Assembly: GCA_965224345.1 (NCBI GenBank) | Contig: CBDCYU010000003.1 | Span: forward strand, 343,936 to 407,935 | Length of the DNA: 64,000 nt | Direction: 5' to 3' | From: Dehalococcoidia bacterium | GTDB taxonomy: Bacteria > Chloroflexota > Dehalococcoidia > Lucifugimonadales > CBDCYU01 | Part shown: piece by piece, positions 1 to 9,458 of the stretch | Position numbering within the stretch: the first letter of the stretch is position 1 | Layout: each line of letters starts with the position of its first letter | The notes under the pieces: generated by a model | Databases searched by the model: none | What the model was told of the DNA's origin: nothing | The model's input: only the letters and a program-made list of their open reading frames with translations | Position numbers and translations under genes: made by a program

Positions 1-268
1 AGCCGCTGCCGGTTAGGACAGAAAGCGCCTGGTAGACAGTTGGCGATCTTCGCCCATGGTACAGTTTATCGCGTAAATTAATGAGAGCTTGATGGATTAG
101 CAGGGCTGCCGACAACATTACTATAAGCGAGAGACCCACATAAGCCCCAGGTCCGTCACTGGCAGTGAGGTCTGGCGCACCATAGACAATCGAAAGCGAC
201 GATGCGAAAACAACACATGTTGCAAGCGGGGCGGTCTCACGCCGTCCATACTTCGCCATAACAACAAT

Positions 269-2247
269 GATTCCCTCGTAACAAGTCATGGGCGAGGGTA
301 TTGGAAGTGAGGGATAATAGGAGCGGGGAAAGTGGAGGAGTGAAGGCACAGGAGTAGGTGGTCGATGTTTCAAGCACGGGAACCGCAGGAGAGCCTGTGG
401 CAGTCGGAGTTTCTGATCACGCCGAGGAAGGCGAAGCTGATGCGGAGGAGCTGGGCGGAGGTGTTCCGGAACGAGGCTCTGGTTCTGATAGAGGAGGAGC
501 GGTTCGCTCCGCTGTACAGCCCGGACATGGGCAGGCCCAATCGCGCCGTGCAGACGGTGCTGGGAGTGCTGGTGCTCAAGGAGATGTTCGATCTGACGGA
601 CATGGAGGCGTTGGAAGAGTTGGAGTTCAATCTGCTGTGGCACCACGCGCTGCGGCTGGAGATGGAGGAGGCGCATCTTGCCCAGAAGACGCTGCACAAC
701 TTCCGTGTGCGGTTGATGGAGCACGACGGGGGGCGATTGGCCTTCTGCGAGACAACGGACCGGATGATAGAGGCCCTGGGACTGCGAACAGGCAAGCAGC
801 GCCTGGACTCGACGCACGTCATGAGCAATATCGCGGTGCTGACGCGGTTGGGTCTGTTCTGCGAGACGGTCCGAGTGTTCCTGTTAGCGGTGAGCCGTGA
901 GCACCCTGGTCTGGGTGAAGGGATTGGGGATGGTCTGGCCCAGCGGTACCTCAAGGAGACCGGCGAAGCATCGGGGTACGAGGACGCACGTTCAGGTGAG
1001 GGGCGTCGCCGGCTGTCGGTGTGTGCGCGAGACGTGTACCGGCTGGTGGATAGGTTCCGTGGGACGGCGGTGGCAAAGATGGAGGAGTACGGGCTGTTGG
1101 AGAGGCTATTGGGGGAGCAGTGCCACGTGGGCCGTCACAGGGACGGTCGTCCCGGAGCCGATGACGACGATGCGGCAGAGGGGAAGGTGCCGATCGCGCT
1201 GAAGGAGCCGAAGGAGGTGCGGTCGTACTCGATGCAGACGCCCCACGACCCGGCGGTAACCTACAGCGGACACAAGGGGAAGGGGTACGAGGTGCAGGTG
1301 TCTGAGACGTGCGAAGAGGGGAACGCAATGCAGGTGATCACCCACGTGGAGGTCACGCCGTCGAGCGGTGGCGACGCCGGTGTGACGGTGGGGGTGATAG
1401 ACACGTTGAGGGAGCGAGGAATCGGTCCTTCGGAGCTATGGTGCGACACGTCGTATGGTTCCGGACACAACGGATGGGAGGCAGAGCGTAGGGGGACGGA
1501 GTTGGTGAGCCCTGTCGGGGGCCGGGCGCCGGGGGAGGCCGATGAGGATGATGGGCTGGTCAGTCTGACGGCTGCTGACTTTGACATCGACGTTACGGCA
1601 AGGAGGGCTGCGGTGTGTCCTGCGGGACATGAGGCGGTGTCCGAGTACGAGGATGAAGACGCTCCCGAGCGAGTGGAGATGCACTTCGCCCGGGAGGTGT
1701 GTGAACCCTGCTCGCTGCGCCCACGGTGTCCCGTGAGGTGGCGTCGTCGTCCTGAGCTCGGGGGAGAGTGGTCGCCGAGCGGAGCCTACGTGCTGAGTGC
1801 GGACCTCGCCAGGGTGAACATCGGACGTAGGCGGCGGGCCGAGTCGGATGGACAATGGCGTAAACGGTACGGGTTGCGTGCGGGGATAGAGGGTACGAAC
1901 TCGGAGTTGAAACGGCGCCATGGTCTTGGCCGCCTACGGGTACGTGGAGGTGAGAGGGTCCGGCTCGCCGTCTACCTCAAGGCCCTGGCGTGTAACGTCA
2001 AGCGAATGGTCCGGGCACGGTTGGACGAGATGTTGGTCCCACCGGCTGTCCTGGCGACCGCTCCCACCGCTGCATGAAGCTACAGGAGCCGTTGCGAGCC
2101 CGCTGATGCCTACCCGGACGGGGTATGGCGCACCACAACGACCTCATCGGCCACAACACAAGCCCCGATCGGAACAACCAAATCCCTCACGCCTAACCGC
2201 CCTCACGCCGCAGAACCAACCCGAAAGCCCCTTGTTACGAGGGAATC
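269..2247 (+). mobile_element. Insertion sequence, IS1182-like (1979 bp)
   Basis: Perfect 17-bp TIRs GATTCCCTCGTAACAAG (269-285) / CTTGTTACGAGGGAATC (2231-2247); 6-bp target duplication AACAAT at 263-268 and 2248-2253. Confidence 0.93.
365..2077 (+). CDS. DDE transposase, IS1182-like (DUF772 N-terminus, DDE_Tnp_1_6-like C-terminus)
   Basis: LYSPDMGRP N-terminal motif, RLDSTH, WCDTSYGS, CPAGH...CEPCSLRPRC, YGLRAGIEGTNSELKRRHG; lies inside the TIRs. Confidence 0.9.
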   Translation: MFQAREPQESLWQSEFLITPRKAKLMRRSWAEVFRNEALVLIEEERFAPLYSPDMGRPNRAVQTVLGVLVLKEMFDLTDMEALEELEFNLLWHHALRLEMEEAHLAQKTLHNFRVRLMEHDGGRLAFCETTDRMIEALGLRTGKQRLDSTHVMSNIAVLTRLGLFCETVRVFLLAVSREHPGLGEGIGDGLAQRYLKETGEASGYEDARSGEGRRRLSVCARDVYRLVDRFRGTAVAKMEEYGLLERLLGEQCHVGRHRDGRPGADDDDAAEGKVPIALKEPKEVRSYSMQTPHDPAVTYSGHKGKGYEVQVSETCEEGNAMQVITHVEVTPSSGGDAGVTVGVIDTLRERGIGPSELWCDTSYGSGHNGWEAERRGTELVSPVGGRAPGEADEDDGLVSLTAADFDIDVTARRAAVCPAGHEAVSEYEDEDAPERVEMHFAREVCEPCSLRPRCPVRWRRRPELGGEWSPSGAYVLSADLARVNIGRRRRAESDGQWRKRYGLRAGIEGTNSELKRRHGLGRLRVRGGERVRLAVYLKALACNVKRMVRARLDEMLVPPAVLATAPTAA

Positions 2248-2510
2248 AACAATGGCTGATACAATCAAGAGAACAGGGCATCCCAAAAGCACTCCAGCTT
2301 GAAGTGTAGACACCGCCAAAAAATAGTTGACAGTAGGAGACACGACGATTGCGACTAACTCCGCTCCACTGCTAGCCTGACTCATCCCGTCAAGCCTTAC
2401 CCAAGGCAAGAAAAACGCTACTATGATCGCCAGCGTAGCTGCAAAGGCTACGAGACGCATTGCGAACGTGGCAAGTTCGCGGGGGTTTTGGGACAGTTGT
2501 GACATTTTCC

Positions 2511-3179
2511 TCAGCTGTTCGTATCAAATGGTGAAGCGATAATCTCGCGGATATTGTCCGACGCGATCCGAAATTGAGCCAACTTCTCCTCCAATTCCAG
2601 GATATCAGAGGGAACTTCGCTAAACCCGCCTACATCGAACGAAAAATCTGATCTCAGCTTCAGCTTTTGTAAGGCGGTATCCATATCACTGAGACGGTGC
2701 ATTATCTCCAAAGATTCTGCGCGTACACCACTAGCTCTCTCCCGCCATTGCTCGTATTGCTGAAACTCGGCATCATCATCCGCTCGTGCTCGTGTACGTA
2801 GTTCCTGGTTGTGGAATCTTTCAGTCAATGCCCTTTGAGCCGCGAAGTAAGCGTCCGCGCTGTTTTCGGCAGCGATGATTGCAGCGTCAAATCTGCGGTA
2901 CCCAATTTGGGCCTGTTGGTACCTGGGGGACCACTCGTCAAGCAGAGTAGATATGTCGGTTATCTGTCCAATGTTCGCGCTGATTTCCGTGGTGATGAAA
3001 GTTCTAGCAATATCAAGGGATTCACCCATCCGTCCAGTTTGATGATTCACCATGGAGAAGCTTGCGTCGGCGTGCGCAGCTTCTGACTTGTTGACTTCGC
3101 CAAAGGCTATCCATCCAAGGCCTGTCACGACGGCAACTATGCCGGTGGTGATGGCGATGCTAAAGAATCTTCTCAACAT
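2511..3179 (-). CDS. Hypothetical membrane-anchored helical/coiled-coil protein (222 aa)
   Basis: Start MLRRFFSIAITTGIVAVVTGLGW (one hydrophobic segment), then an Ala/Glu/Gln/Arg-rich helical body; 5 bp from the next gene. Confidence 0.7.
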   Translation of the reverse strand: MLRRFFSIAITTGIVAVVTGLGWIAFGEVNKSEAAHADASFSMVNHQTGRMGESLDIARTFITTEISANIGQITDISTLLDEWSPRYQQAQIGYRRFDAAIIAAENSADAYFAAQRALTERFHNQELRTRARADDDAEFQQYEQWRERASGVRAESLEIMHRLSDMDTALQKLKLRSDFSFDVGGFSEVPSDILELEEKLAQFRIASDNIREIIASPFDTNS

Positions 3180-3215
3180 GCTATCGGTATTTCCTTGGGC
3201 AATCCGTAGCTCTAG

Positions 3216-4413
3216 GGAAGGTCTGAACAACTGAGGGTATCTCGTATGTGATGGACAGTAAGTGGCCTGTCCGAGGTGTTTCTTCCTCCTACGGTGTGTC
3301 GATGAGGTCTTGTGGTCCTGAAACGGCTCTGCTAAGGCGTATCTACGTTCGTTTGTCCAGCTTGGGCGCACTTCGCCCTCGTCAGGCTGCCAAGTACCGC
3401 TCCGCCCTTATCAAGTTCGTCATCCCCAGTAGCAACATCAGTCGTTGCGTGTTCTTTGCCAACCCTCGGTAACGCACCTTGGCGTATCCGAAGTGCCGCT
3501 TCACGTACAGGAACGGATGCTCCACCTTCGCCCTGGTCGACGCCTTGCGCTTCTCCATAAGCGCCTCATAGCTTCCCGGCTCCAGCTGCCGACGTCTCCC
3601 GGGTCTCATCGCTACCTGCCAGTCCACATCCAACTCGCGATTCTCCAATCGCTTGTCGACTCCCTGATACCCCGCATCGCCCCACACCCGTTTCTCTCCA
3701 CCGTGCAGCAGCCGGTGAGCCTCCGTCACGTCATGAACGTTCGCAGGTGTCGTTCTTACGCTATGTACTACTCCCGTCTCAGCGTCCGCACCGACGTGTA
3801 CCTTCATCCCGAAGTGCCACTCATTCCCCTTCTTCGTCTGACGCATCTCAGGGTCTCGCTTACCTGCACGATTCTTCGTTGACGATGGCGCCTCAATGAT
3901 GCTCGCGTCCACGATCGTTCCCTCCCGAAGCCGCAGCCCCTGGGACTCCAGATGACGGTTGATCTCCTCGAACAGACCCTGTCCCAACTCGTGCTCTTCC
4001 AGCAGATGGCGGAAGTTCAGGACCGTCGTCTCGTCCGGGAGCGGGCCCGACAGCCTCAACCCTACGAACCGTCTCACCGACTCGACCTCGTAGAGCATGT
4101 CCTCCATACCAGGATCACTAAGGTTGTAGAACATCTGCACGCAGTGAATCCGCAGCATCACAGACAACTCATAGGGTCGCCGGCCCCGGCCTGCCCTGGG
4201 ATAGAACGGGCGGATGCGTTCTACGAGCTGTTCCCAAGGGATCAGACCGTCCATGCGCTCCAGGAATATCTCCCGCCGGGTCTTGCGCTTCTTGCTCTCG
4301 TACTCCAAGTCGGCAAATGTTGGCTGGTCCATCGTGTCTTCACCCCAAACATCTCTGCTTTGTGTATGGCATAGTACTATGCCACAACACACCAGAACTT
4401 GTTCAGAGTATCC
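3216..4413 (-). mobile_element. IS5 family insertion sequence (1198 bp)
   Basis: Ends GGAAGGTCTGAACAACT / rc GGATACTCTGAACAAGT (13/17 match, IS5-like); CTAG duplication at 3212-3215 and 4414-4417. Confidence 0.92.
3382..4332 (-). CDS. IS5 family transposase
   Basis: MDQPTFADLEYESKKRKTRREIFL, PDETTVLNFRHLLE, IVDASII, WHFGMKVH, GDAGYQG, RAKVEHPF. Confidence 0.96.
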   Translation of the reverse strand: MDQPTFADLEYESKKRKTRREIFLERMDGLIPWEQLVERIRPFYPRAGRGRRPYELSVMLRIHCVQMFYNLSDPGMEDMLYEVESVRRFVGLRLSGPLPDETTVLNFRHLLEEHELGQGLFEEINRHLESQGLRLREGTIVDASIIEAPSSTKNRAGKRDPEMRQTKKGNEWHFGMKVHVGADAETGVVHSVRTTPANVHDVTEAHRLLHGGEKRVWGDAGYQGVDKRLENRELDVDWQVAMRPGRRRQLEPGSYEALMEKRKASTRAKVEHPFLYVKRHFGYAKVRYRGLAKNTQRLMLLLGMTNLIRAERYLAA

Positions 4414-4463
4414 CTAGACGTCGGACCGCGTCGAAGTGGTCTGTAGGAGGCTGCCTCGGCCTC

Positions 4464-4799
4464 TCAAGCTGGGTCGGCGGCGTGGCCGCTGGCGCCGCCA
4501 GGCCGGTAGCGCTGCACCTTGATTTCCTGTGACCGGGCACGTATCTGCGAGGCGTCGTACCAGGCCTGCATCCGCAACAGCATGTCCATGCTCACGCCAA
4601 AGGCCTTTTCGATCCACAGCGCCATCTCTGGCGATAGTCTGGCGTTACCGTTCAGTAGGTCCGAGAGCGTCGCCCGGCGGACGCCCAGAATCTCGGCGGC
4701 CTTCGTCACATTCAGGCCCAGCTCCTCGATAACTTCCACACGGATGAAGTCGCCAGGATGCGAAGGGGTCATATTCACCTTGATGCCGCTGTTAGTCAT
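4464..4799 (-). CDS. higA: HigA family antitoxin (HTH)
   Basis: PSHPGDFIR...LGLNVTKAAEILGVRRATLSDLLNG...LSPEMALWIEKAFG...LRMQAWYD. Confidence 0.92.
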   Translation of the reverse strand: MTNSGIKVNMTPSHPGDFIRVEVIEELGLNVTKAAEILGVRRATLSDLLNGNARLSPEMALWIEKAFGVSMDMLLRMQAWYDASQIRARSQEIKVQRYRPGGASGHAADPA

Positions 4800-4952
4800 C
4801 AGTGGTAGTCCTCCAAGTTCAATCGGGCGACATAGCCGCCCTTTTCTTCAAACGTGGTCCGCCCTATCGACCACGTCATGCCCCAAGAATCGAGGGTTGT
4901 CGTCCTCGATCAGGCGACGCAACCCTCTGTGGCGAACAGAGCGAACGATCAT
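4799..4952 (-). pseudogene. higB: HigB (RelE/ParE-type) toxin remnant with internal deletion and frameshift
   Basis: N-terminus MIVRSVRHRGLRRLIEDD; C-terminus FEEKGGYVARLNLEDYH* in another frame; TGATG overlap with higA; only about 50 codons remain. Confidence 0.85.
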
Positions 4953-5089
4953 ACGGTCAAGTGTACGGTAGCACAGTACATCGGGCAGGTCCCTCTTGAA
5001 GTGACGCCAAGGCCGAGTCCCACGAGGTGGTGGCCAGCCCCGCAGCTGGCATGTCTTGGGGATATAATATGCACGATGGAGGGCCATCG

Positions 5090-5669
5090 ATGCGCTTCCG
5101 GTTGACGGGCCTCTGGGGACGTCCAGACTTCGTGAAGCTGTGGCTGGGAAGAACTGTCTCGGGGTTCGGCTCGCAGATCACCTTTCTCGCTCTCCCCCTT
5201 ACCGCCGTACTGGTGCTGGATGCGACTCCCCTTCAATGGGCATACTGGCCGCGGTGGGAAGCGCGCCGGCGCTGATATTCGGACTGGGTGCGTCCTAGGC
5301 GTCGTGATGGCGGGGCTCAGCGACCTGGCAACCCCTCTAGCGGGAGGCCCGGTCATCGCCATCGTCGCCCTGCTCACGGCGGCGGGGATCCTGTTCGGAG
5401 TGGGCGCTACCATCGCCGGTGTCGCCCAGGTGAGCTTGAGACAGGCATCGACGCCGATTCCGCTGAAGGGCCGCATGGACGGCGTCATGAGCTCTCTGGA
5501 GGTGGGTCTTGTTCCCATCGGCGCTCTGGTAGGCGGAGTGCTGGGCCAGACCTTGGGACTGCGTGAAACCCTGTTCCTAGCCGCCGGAGGAGAGCTGGCC
5601 GCTGTGCTATGGCTCCTGCTTACGCCAGTGGGGTTCCTGCGCGACCTACCGGAGTCCAACGACGGATGA
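5090..5669 (+). pseudogene. MFS transporter remnant (frameshift and large internal deletion)
   Basis: N-terminus LWGRPDFVKLWLGRTVSGFGSQITFLALPLTAV and C-terminus SLRQASTPIPLKGRM...PIGALVGGVLG in different frames; 580 bp versus about 1.2 kb expected. Confidence 0.8.
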
Positions 5670-5682
5670 CGAAAGTCATCCG

Positions 5683-6288
5683 TCAACCCTCGGCATCACT
5701 GTTCCGGCGGCGGCGAGCGGCTAGGACGACCCCCAAGACCAACAGCGCGGCGGCCGTGACGGCGAGGGTGAGAATCTCGAAGTTGTCGCCGATGAACCCC
5801 TCGATCTCCTCTCCGTAGAAGAGTACCAGGACGCCTATGGCGAAGAAGCGCGCCCCCCGGCCGACCGCGCTGGCCGCTACGAAGCTGCGCCGGTCCAGCT
5901 CCAGGACGCCCGCCAGGATGGCGAAGACCTTGTACGGCACCGGCGAGAAGGCCGCCAACAGTATGGCCCAGGCGCCATACTTACGGAACAGCCTCTCCAC
6001 GGTCTCGGTCTTGGCCGGCGAGACGAGCCTGTGAAGCAACGGCCGGCCCCAGCGCCGTCCCAGCCAGTGTCCCACGACGGCCCCCGCCACCGAGCTCACG
6101 GTAACGATGCCCGCAAGCCAGAGCGCTCTTTCGGGTTCCAGGACCGCGATGCCTATCAGAAGCACGTCCGGCGGGACGGGGAAGAAGATCGACTCGGTGA
6201 AGGAGTTCACGGCGAGTATCAGCACCGCCCAGTCGCTCTCGGCGAATCCGACGACCCAATCGCTCAGCCTATGGTACAGGTCGATCAT
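5683..6288 (-). CDS. DedA/YqaA (VTT domain) membrane protein
   Basis: SFTESIFFPVPPDVLLI, FSPVPYKVFAILAG, GRGARFF. Confidence 0.92.
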   Translation of the reverse strand: MIDLYHRLSDWVVGFAESDWAVLILAVNSFTESIFFPVPPDVLLIGIAVLEPERALWLAGIVTVSSVAGAVVGHWLGRRWGRPLLHRLVSPAKTETVERLFRKYGAWAILLAAFSPVPYKVFAILAGVLELDRRSFVAASAVGRGARFFAIGVLVLFYGEEIEGFIGDNFEILTLAVTAAALLVLGVVLAARRRRNSDAEG

Positions 6289-6364
6289 AGAGGCCCAGGG
6301 CAGTCGGATGCGGCGGCTGACGAGGATCGTGGGACTGCGGGTCCCGTTGACGAGAAGTAGCTTC

Positions 6365-7495
6365 TCACTCCTCCAGCCGGACCTCTACCTCGAACTCGAA
6401 GGCCTGACCGTCTACGGTCGCCTTCGCCCGGCCGGACGCGCCGCTGCTACCCTTGTCCGGGGGCTCCGCCTGGGCCAGAAGCTCGCCGTCCTCGTTCTCC
6501 ACCGCGAAGGGTACGCCGTCCAGGAGCACGCTGAACCTGGTAGACAGCGCGCCCGTGGCCCTTCTTATGTCGCGGAGGACCGTCCGCCTCTCGGCCAGGA
6601 TGGCGTGAGCCTCCTCGACGCTCACCTGCTTGAAGCTCACCGTGTTCCCCGGCATCATCTGGGCCAGATTGTCCACGTCGGCGCTGATGACGGTGGCGAT
6701 CTTGGTGTAGCCCCCCGTGGTGCCGCGGTCCGCCAGCAGCACGATGGGCTGGCCGTCCCCCGGTACCTGGACCGCGCCCAGGGGCGTCCCGTCCGATACG
6801 ATGTCGGGCCCGCCCGAGTGCTCTATACGGGGCCCTTCGAGCCTGAAGCCCATCCTGTCGGAGTCCCCGGAGATCGAGTAGTCGGAGCCCAGAAACACGG
6901 AGACCCCCTCCGGCGTGAAGGCGCCGCTCTGCGGCCCCAGAACGACCCTCATCTGCTGTCGTCGCCCATAGTAGGGAGCCGTCAAGTGATCGGGCAGCCT
7001 GTGCTCCGCACCTCCGGACGCGGGACCGCAGGACAGGACGTCCCCGACCGCTAGGGCCCTCCCCTGGAGTCCTCCTATGGAGCCCTGGAGGTAGGTGGAG
7101 CGGCTGCCCATGACCGTTGGGACATCGATGCCACCGGCGACGACCAGGTAGGAGCGGAAGCCGTCGTGCGGGCCAGTGGAGACCAGGACCGACCCCCTCT
7201 CGACCCGAACGCCCTGCCATCGCGGGAGGGGCTCGCCATCCAAGGAGAGTCCCAGGTCGCCTCCGGTAACGGCGATCCAGGTATCTGCCAGGATCCTCAG
7301 GCTGGGACCAAGAGCGGTCATCTCCAGCCCCGCCAGGCCCTCTTCGTTGCCCACCAGAAGGTTCGCCACCCTGAGGGCGTAGGCGTCCAGGGCCCCGGAC
7401 ACCGGAACCCCGAAGCGCTGATAGCCTGTGCGGCCCTGGTCCTGCACAGTGGTGAGGACTCCGGGGGAGACCACCTCCAGGACTTCCGAGCTCAT
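6365..7495 (-). CDS. pxpC: 5-oxoprolinase subunit C / biotin-dependent carboxyltransferase family (AHS2), with a C-terminal extension
   Basis: PGVLTTVQDQGRTGYQRFGVPVSGALD, GSRST, SDRMGFRLEG, GAVQVPGDGQPIVLLADRGTTGGYTKIATV. Confidence 0.93.
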   Translation of the reverse strand: MSSEVLEVVSPGVLTTVQDQGRTGYQRFGVPVSGALDAYALRVANLLVGNEEGLAGLEMTALGPSLRILADTWIAVTGGDLGLSLDGEPLPRWQGVRVERGSVLVSTGPHDGFRSYLVVAGGIDVPTVMGSRSTYLQGSIGGLQGRALAVGDVLSCGPASGGAEHRLPDHLTAPYYGRRQQMRVVLGPQSGAFTPEGVSVFLGSDYSISGDSDRMGFRLEGPRIEHSGGPDIVSDGTPLGAVQVPGDGQPIVLLADRGTTGGYTKIATVISADVDNLAQMMPGNTVSFKQVSVEEAHAILAERRTVLRDIRRATGALSTRFSVLLDGVPFAVENEDGELLAQAEPPDKGSSGASGRAKATVDGQAFEFEVEVRLEE

Positions 7496-7515
7496 GGGTG
7501 CGCCGCCTCCACCCA

Positions 7516-8217
7516 TCACCCGCCCTCACCGTCGCCCATGACGATGGACTCGAACTCCCCGGCGTCCACGGGGACGAAGCGCACGGAGTCTCCGGCGCTC
7601 AGCAGGGTGGGTTGACCACGCTGGGGATCGAACATCCTCAGCGGCGTCTGCCCTATCAGGCGCCACCCTCCGGGGCTTGCGACAGGGTACACGCCGGTCT
7701 GGCTCTCCGCTATTCCCACGGAGCCTGCCGGGATCACCGGCCTCGGCGTCGCCAGCCGAGGCGTCGCCAGCGCATCCGACAGCCCGCCCAGGTACGCGAA
7801 CCCCGGGCTGAACCCCATCATGTATACGAGGTAGTCAGCCCCTGAGTGGATAGAGACGACCTCGTCCACCGAGAGTCCCGCATGACGGGCAACGAACTCC
7901 AGGTCCGGTCCATGCTCTCCGCCGTATAGGGTCGGGACCTGAACGACGTTGGAGTCCTGCGTCGTATGCTCCTCGAGGCCCACCTCGAGCTGCCGGATAG
8001 CGTCCTCGAGCCCGGCGGCGGTGACCTCCTCCGGGTCGTAGTAGACCAGGAGGGACCTGTAGGTGGGCACGACCTCCACCACGCCGACGGTCTCGGACCC
8101 CTCGATGGCCGCCGCCAGGCTGCAGACGCGGCCGTTGGTCTCGGGGCTGATGTCGCCGCCGACCTCGACAACCAGCGCCTGGTCGCCTGCGGGAAGAAAC
8201 AGGGGTTCGTCGTACAT
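7516..8217 (-). CDS. pxpB: 5-oxoprolinase subunit B (KipI/AHS1)
   Basis: PAGDQALVVE, EVVPTYRSLLVYYDP, YGGEHGPDL, GFSPGFAYLGG, GSVGIA, SPGGWRLIG. Confidence 0.94.
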   Translation of the reverse strand: MYDEPLFLPAGDQALVVEVGGDISPETNGRVCSLAAAIEGSETVGVVEVVPTYRSLLVYYDPEEVTAAGLEDAIRQLEVGLEEHTTQDSNVVQVPTLYGGEHGPDLEFVARHAGLSVDEVVSIHSGADYLVYMMGFSPGFAYLGGLSDALATPRLATPRPVIPAGSVGIAESQTGVYPVASPGGWRLIGQTPLRMFDPQRGQPTLLSAGDSVRFVPVDAGEFESIVMGDGEGG

Positions 8218-8230
8218 CGTCCCTAGCAAG

Positions 8231-8995
8231 TCACACGATCTGTGCGACAGGCACGATGTCGACGCCGGACGCCCGCAGCTGCCGCTCCAGCGTCTTGGCC
8301 ATCTCCACGGCTCCCGGCGTGTCGCCATGGATGCAGAGACTCTCCGCCTCCACCTCCATCTCTTCCCCCGTTATCGCCACGGCCCTACTCTCGGTCACCA
8401 TCCTGAGGCTTCGCTCCACCACCTCTTCGACGTCGTGAATGACCGACCCCTCCCTGGACCTCGATACCAGCGAGCCGTCCGGGTTCATCGCCCTGTCGGC
8501 GAATATCTCCCTTGCCACCCTGAGGCCCATATCCGCCGCGGTCCTCTCCCAGGGCGAGCCTGCCAGCACCACCAGGACCATATTCTCGTCCACCTCCAGC
8601 ACAGCCTCGCAGATGGCGCGCGCCAGTGCCTCGTCGCTCACGGCCTGGTTGTACATGGCGCCGTGGGGCTTGACGTGCTGGAGCTTCCCGCCGGCGGTGA
8701 AGGCGCTCAGGGCGCCGACTTGATAGATGACGTCGTTCTTCGCCTCTTCGGGTTCTACGCTCATGTTCCTGCGCCCAAAGCCGTTGAGGTCCGGGAAGCT
8801 CGGATGCGCGCCCACGGCGACCCCGTGCTCCTCCGCCAGGCGCACAGTGCGGCGCATCCACATCGGATCGCCCGCGTGGAAGCCGCAGGCGACATTGGCC
8901 GACGAGATGTGCTTGATGACCTCTTCGTCGAAGCCCATCTTGTACATGCCGAAGCTCTCGCCCATGTCGCAGTTCAGATCGATCTTGACAGCCAT
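8231..8995 (-). CDS. pxpA: 5-oxoprolinase subunit A (LamB/YcsF)
   Basis: IDLNCDMGESFG, SANVACGFHAGDP, GAHPSFPD, HVKPHGAMYN, EIFADR, LCIHGDTPGA. Confidence 0.96.
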   Translation of the reverse strand: MAVKIDLNCDMGESFGMYKMGFDEEVIKHISSANVACGFHAGDPMWMRRTVRLAEEHGVAVGAHPSFPDLNGFGRRNMSVEPEEAKNDVIYQVGALSAFTAGGKLQHVKPHGAMYNQAVSDEALARAICEAVLEVDENMVLVVLAGSPWERTAADMGLRVAREIFADRAMNPDGSLVSRSREGSVIHDVEEVVERSLRMVTESRAVAITGEEMEVEAESLCIHGDTPGAVEMAKTLERQLRASGVDIVPVAQIV

Positions 8996-9161
8996 TGAAC
9001 ACCCCCGTCGTCGCACTCATTCCGGATGCCAGACCCAATTATACGGGCTCCGCGAAACCGTCGCCAAATGGGTGTACCTATTCAGCGCAAGCTAGATTGA
9101 GCCATTGGGTTGTTGTACAATCACCTGCGCCACGAAGCGCGGTGAATAGGAGGCGGCTGCC

Positions 9162-9452
9162 ATCGATCCGGACTGTGCGGCGGCGACCGCAACGGACGTT
9201 CTGCGGAGCTGCGGCAATGACGCGGCTATCCTGACGGCCATCGGCTTGGCCACTGCCTTCGGAATGCTGGTGGCTATGATGCTCATCATAGTGGCGGTGA
9301 GGCTGGTCTCGACACGGCTGCCCTCCCCCTCGGGCGACGACACCGAGACGCGCAACAGGGCCGCCGCTGCGGTCACCGCGGTCACCACGCTGCTGGCGGA
9401 CCCCAATCGCGCCCGGGGCCGGGAGAGAGCCTCCGCCGATGGAGATGAGTAA
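9162..9452 (+). CDS. oadG: OadG-like (gamma) membrane anchor subunit of a Na+-translocating decarboxylase; start uncertain
   Basis: Single TM (ILTAIGLATAFGMLVAMMLIIVAV), Pro-containing linker, AAAAVTAV motif; 6 bp upstream of oadB; AGGAGG at 9148-9153. Confidence 0.7.
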   Translation: MDPDCAAATATDVLRSCGNDAAILTAIGLATAFGMLVAMMLIIVAVRLVSTRLPSPSGDDTETRNRAAAAVTAVTTLLADPNRARGRERASADGDE

Positions 9453-9458
9453 AGAGCC

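Larger units (their letters stand above)
1..2505 (-). pseudogene. Membrane protein gene split by IS insertion (5' part 2248-2505, 3' part 1-268, runs off the left edge)
   Basis: Removing 269-2247 plus one AACAAT copy joins ...LLIVSAIV to VMAKYGRRETAPLATCVVFASSLSIVYGAP..., an open hydrophobic frame that continues to position 1. Confidence 0.85.

Noticed and set aside
3180-3371. N-terminal extension of the 2511-3371 ORF
   Set aside because: It runs into the IS5 end; the likely start is the ATG at 3179, just before the hydrophobic segment.
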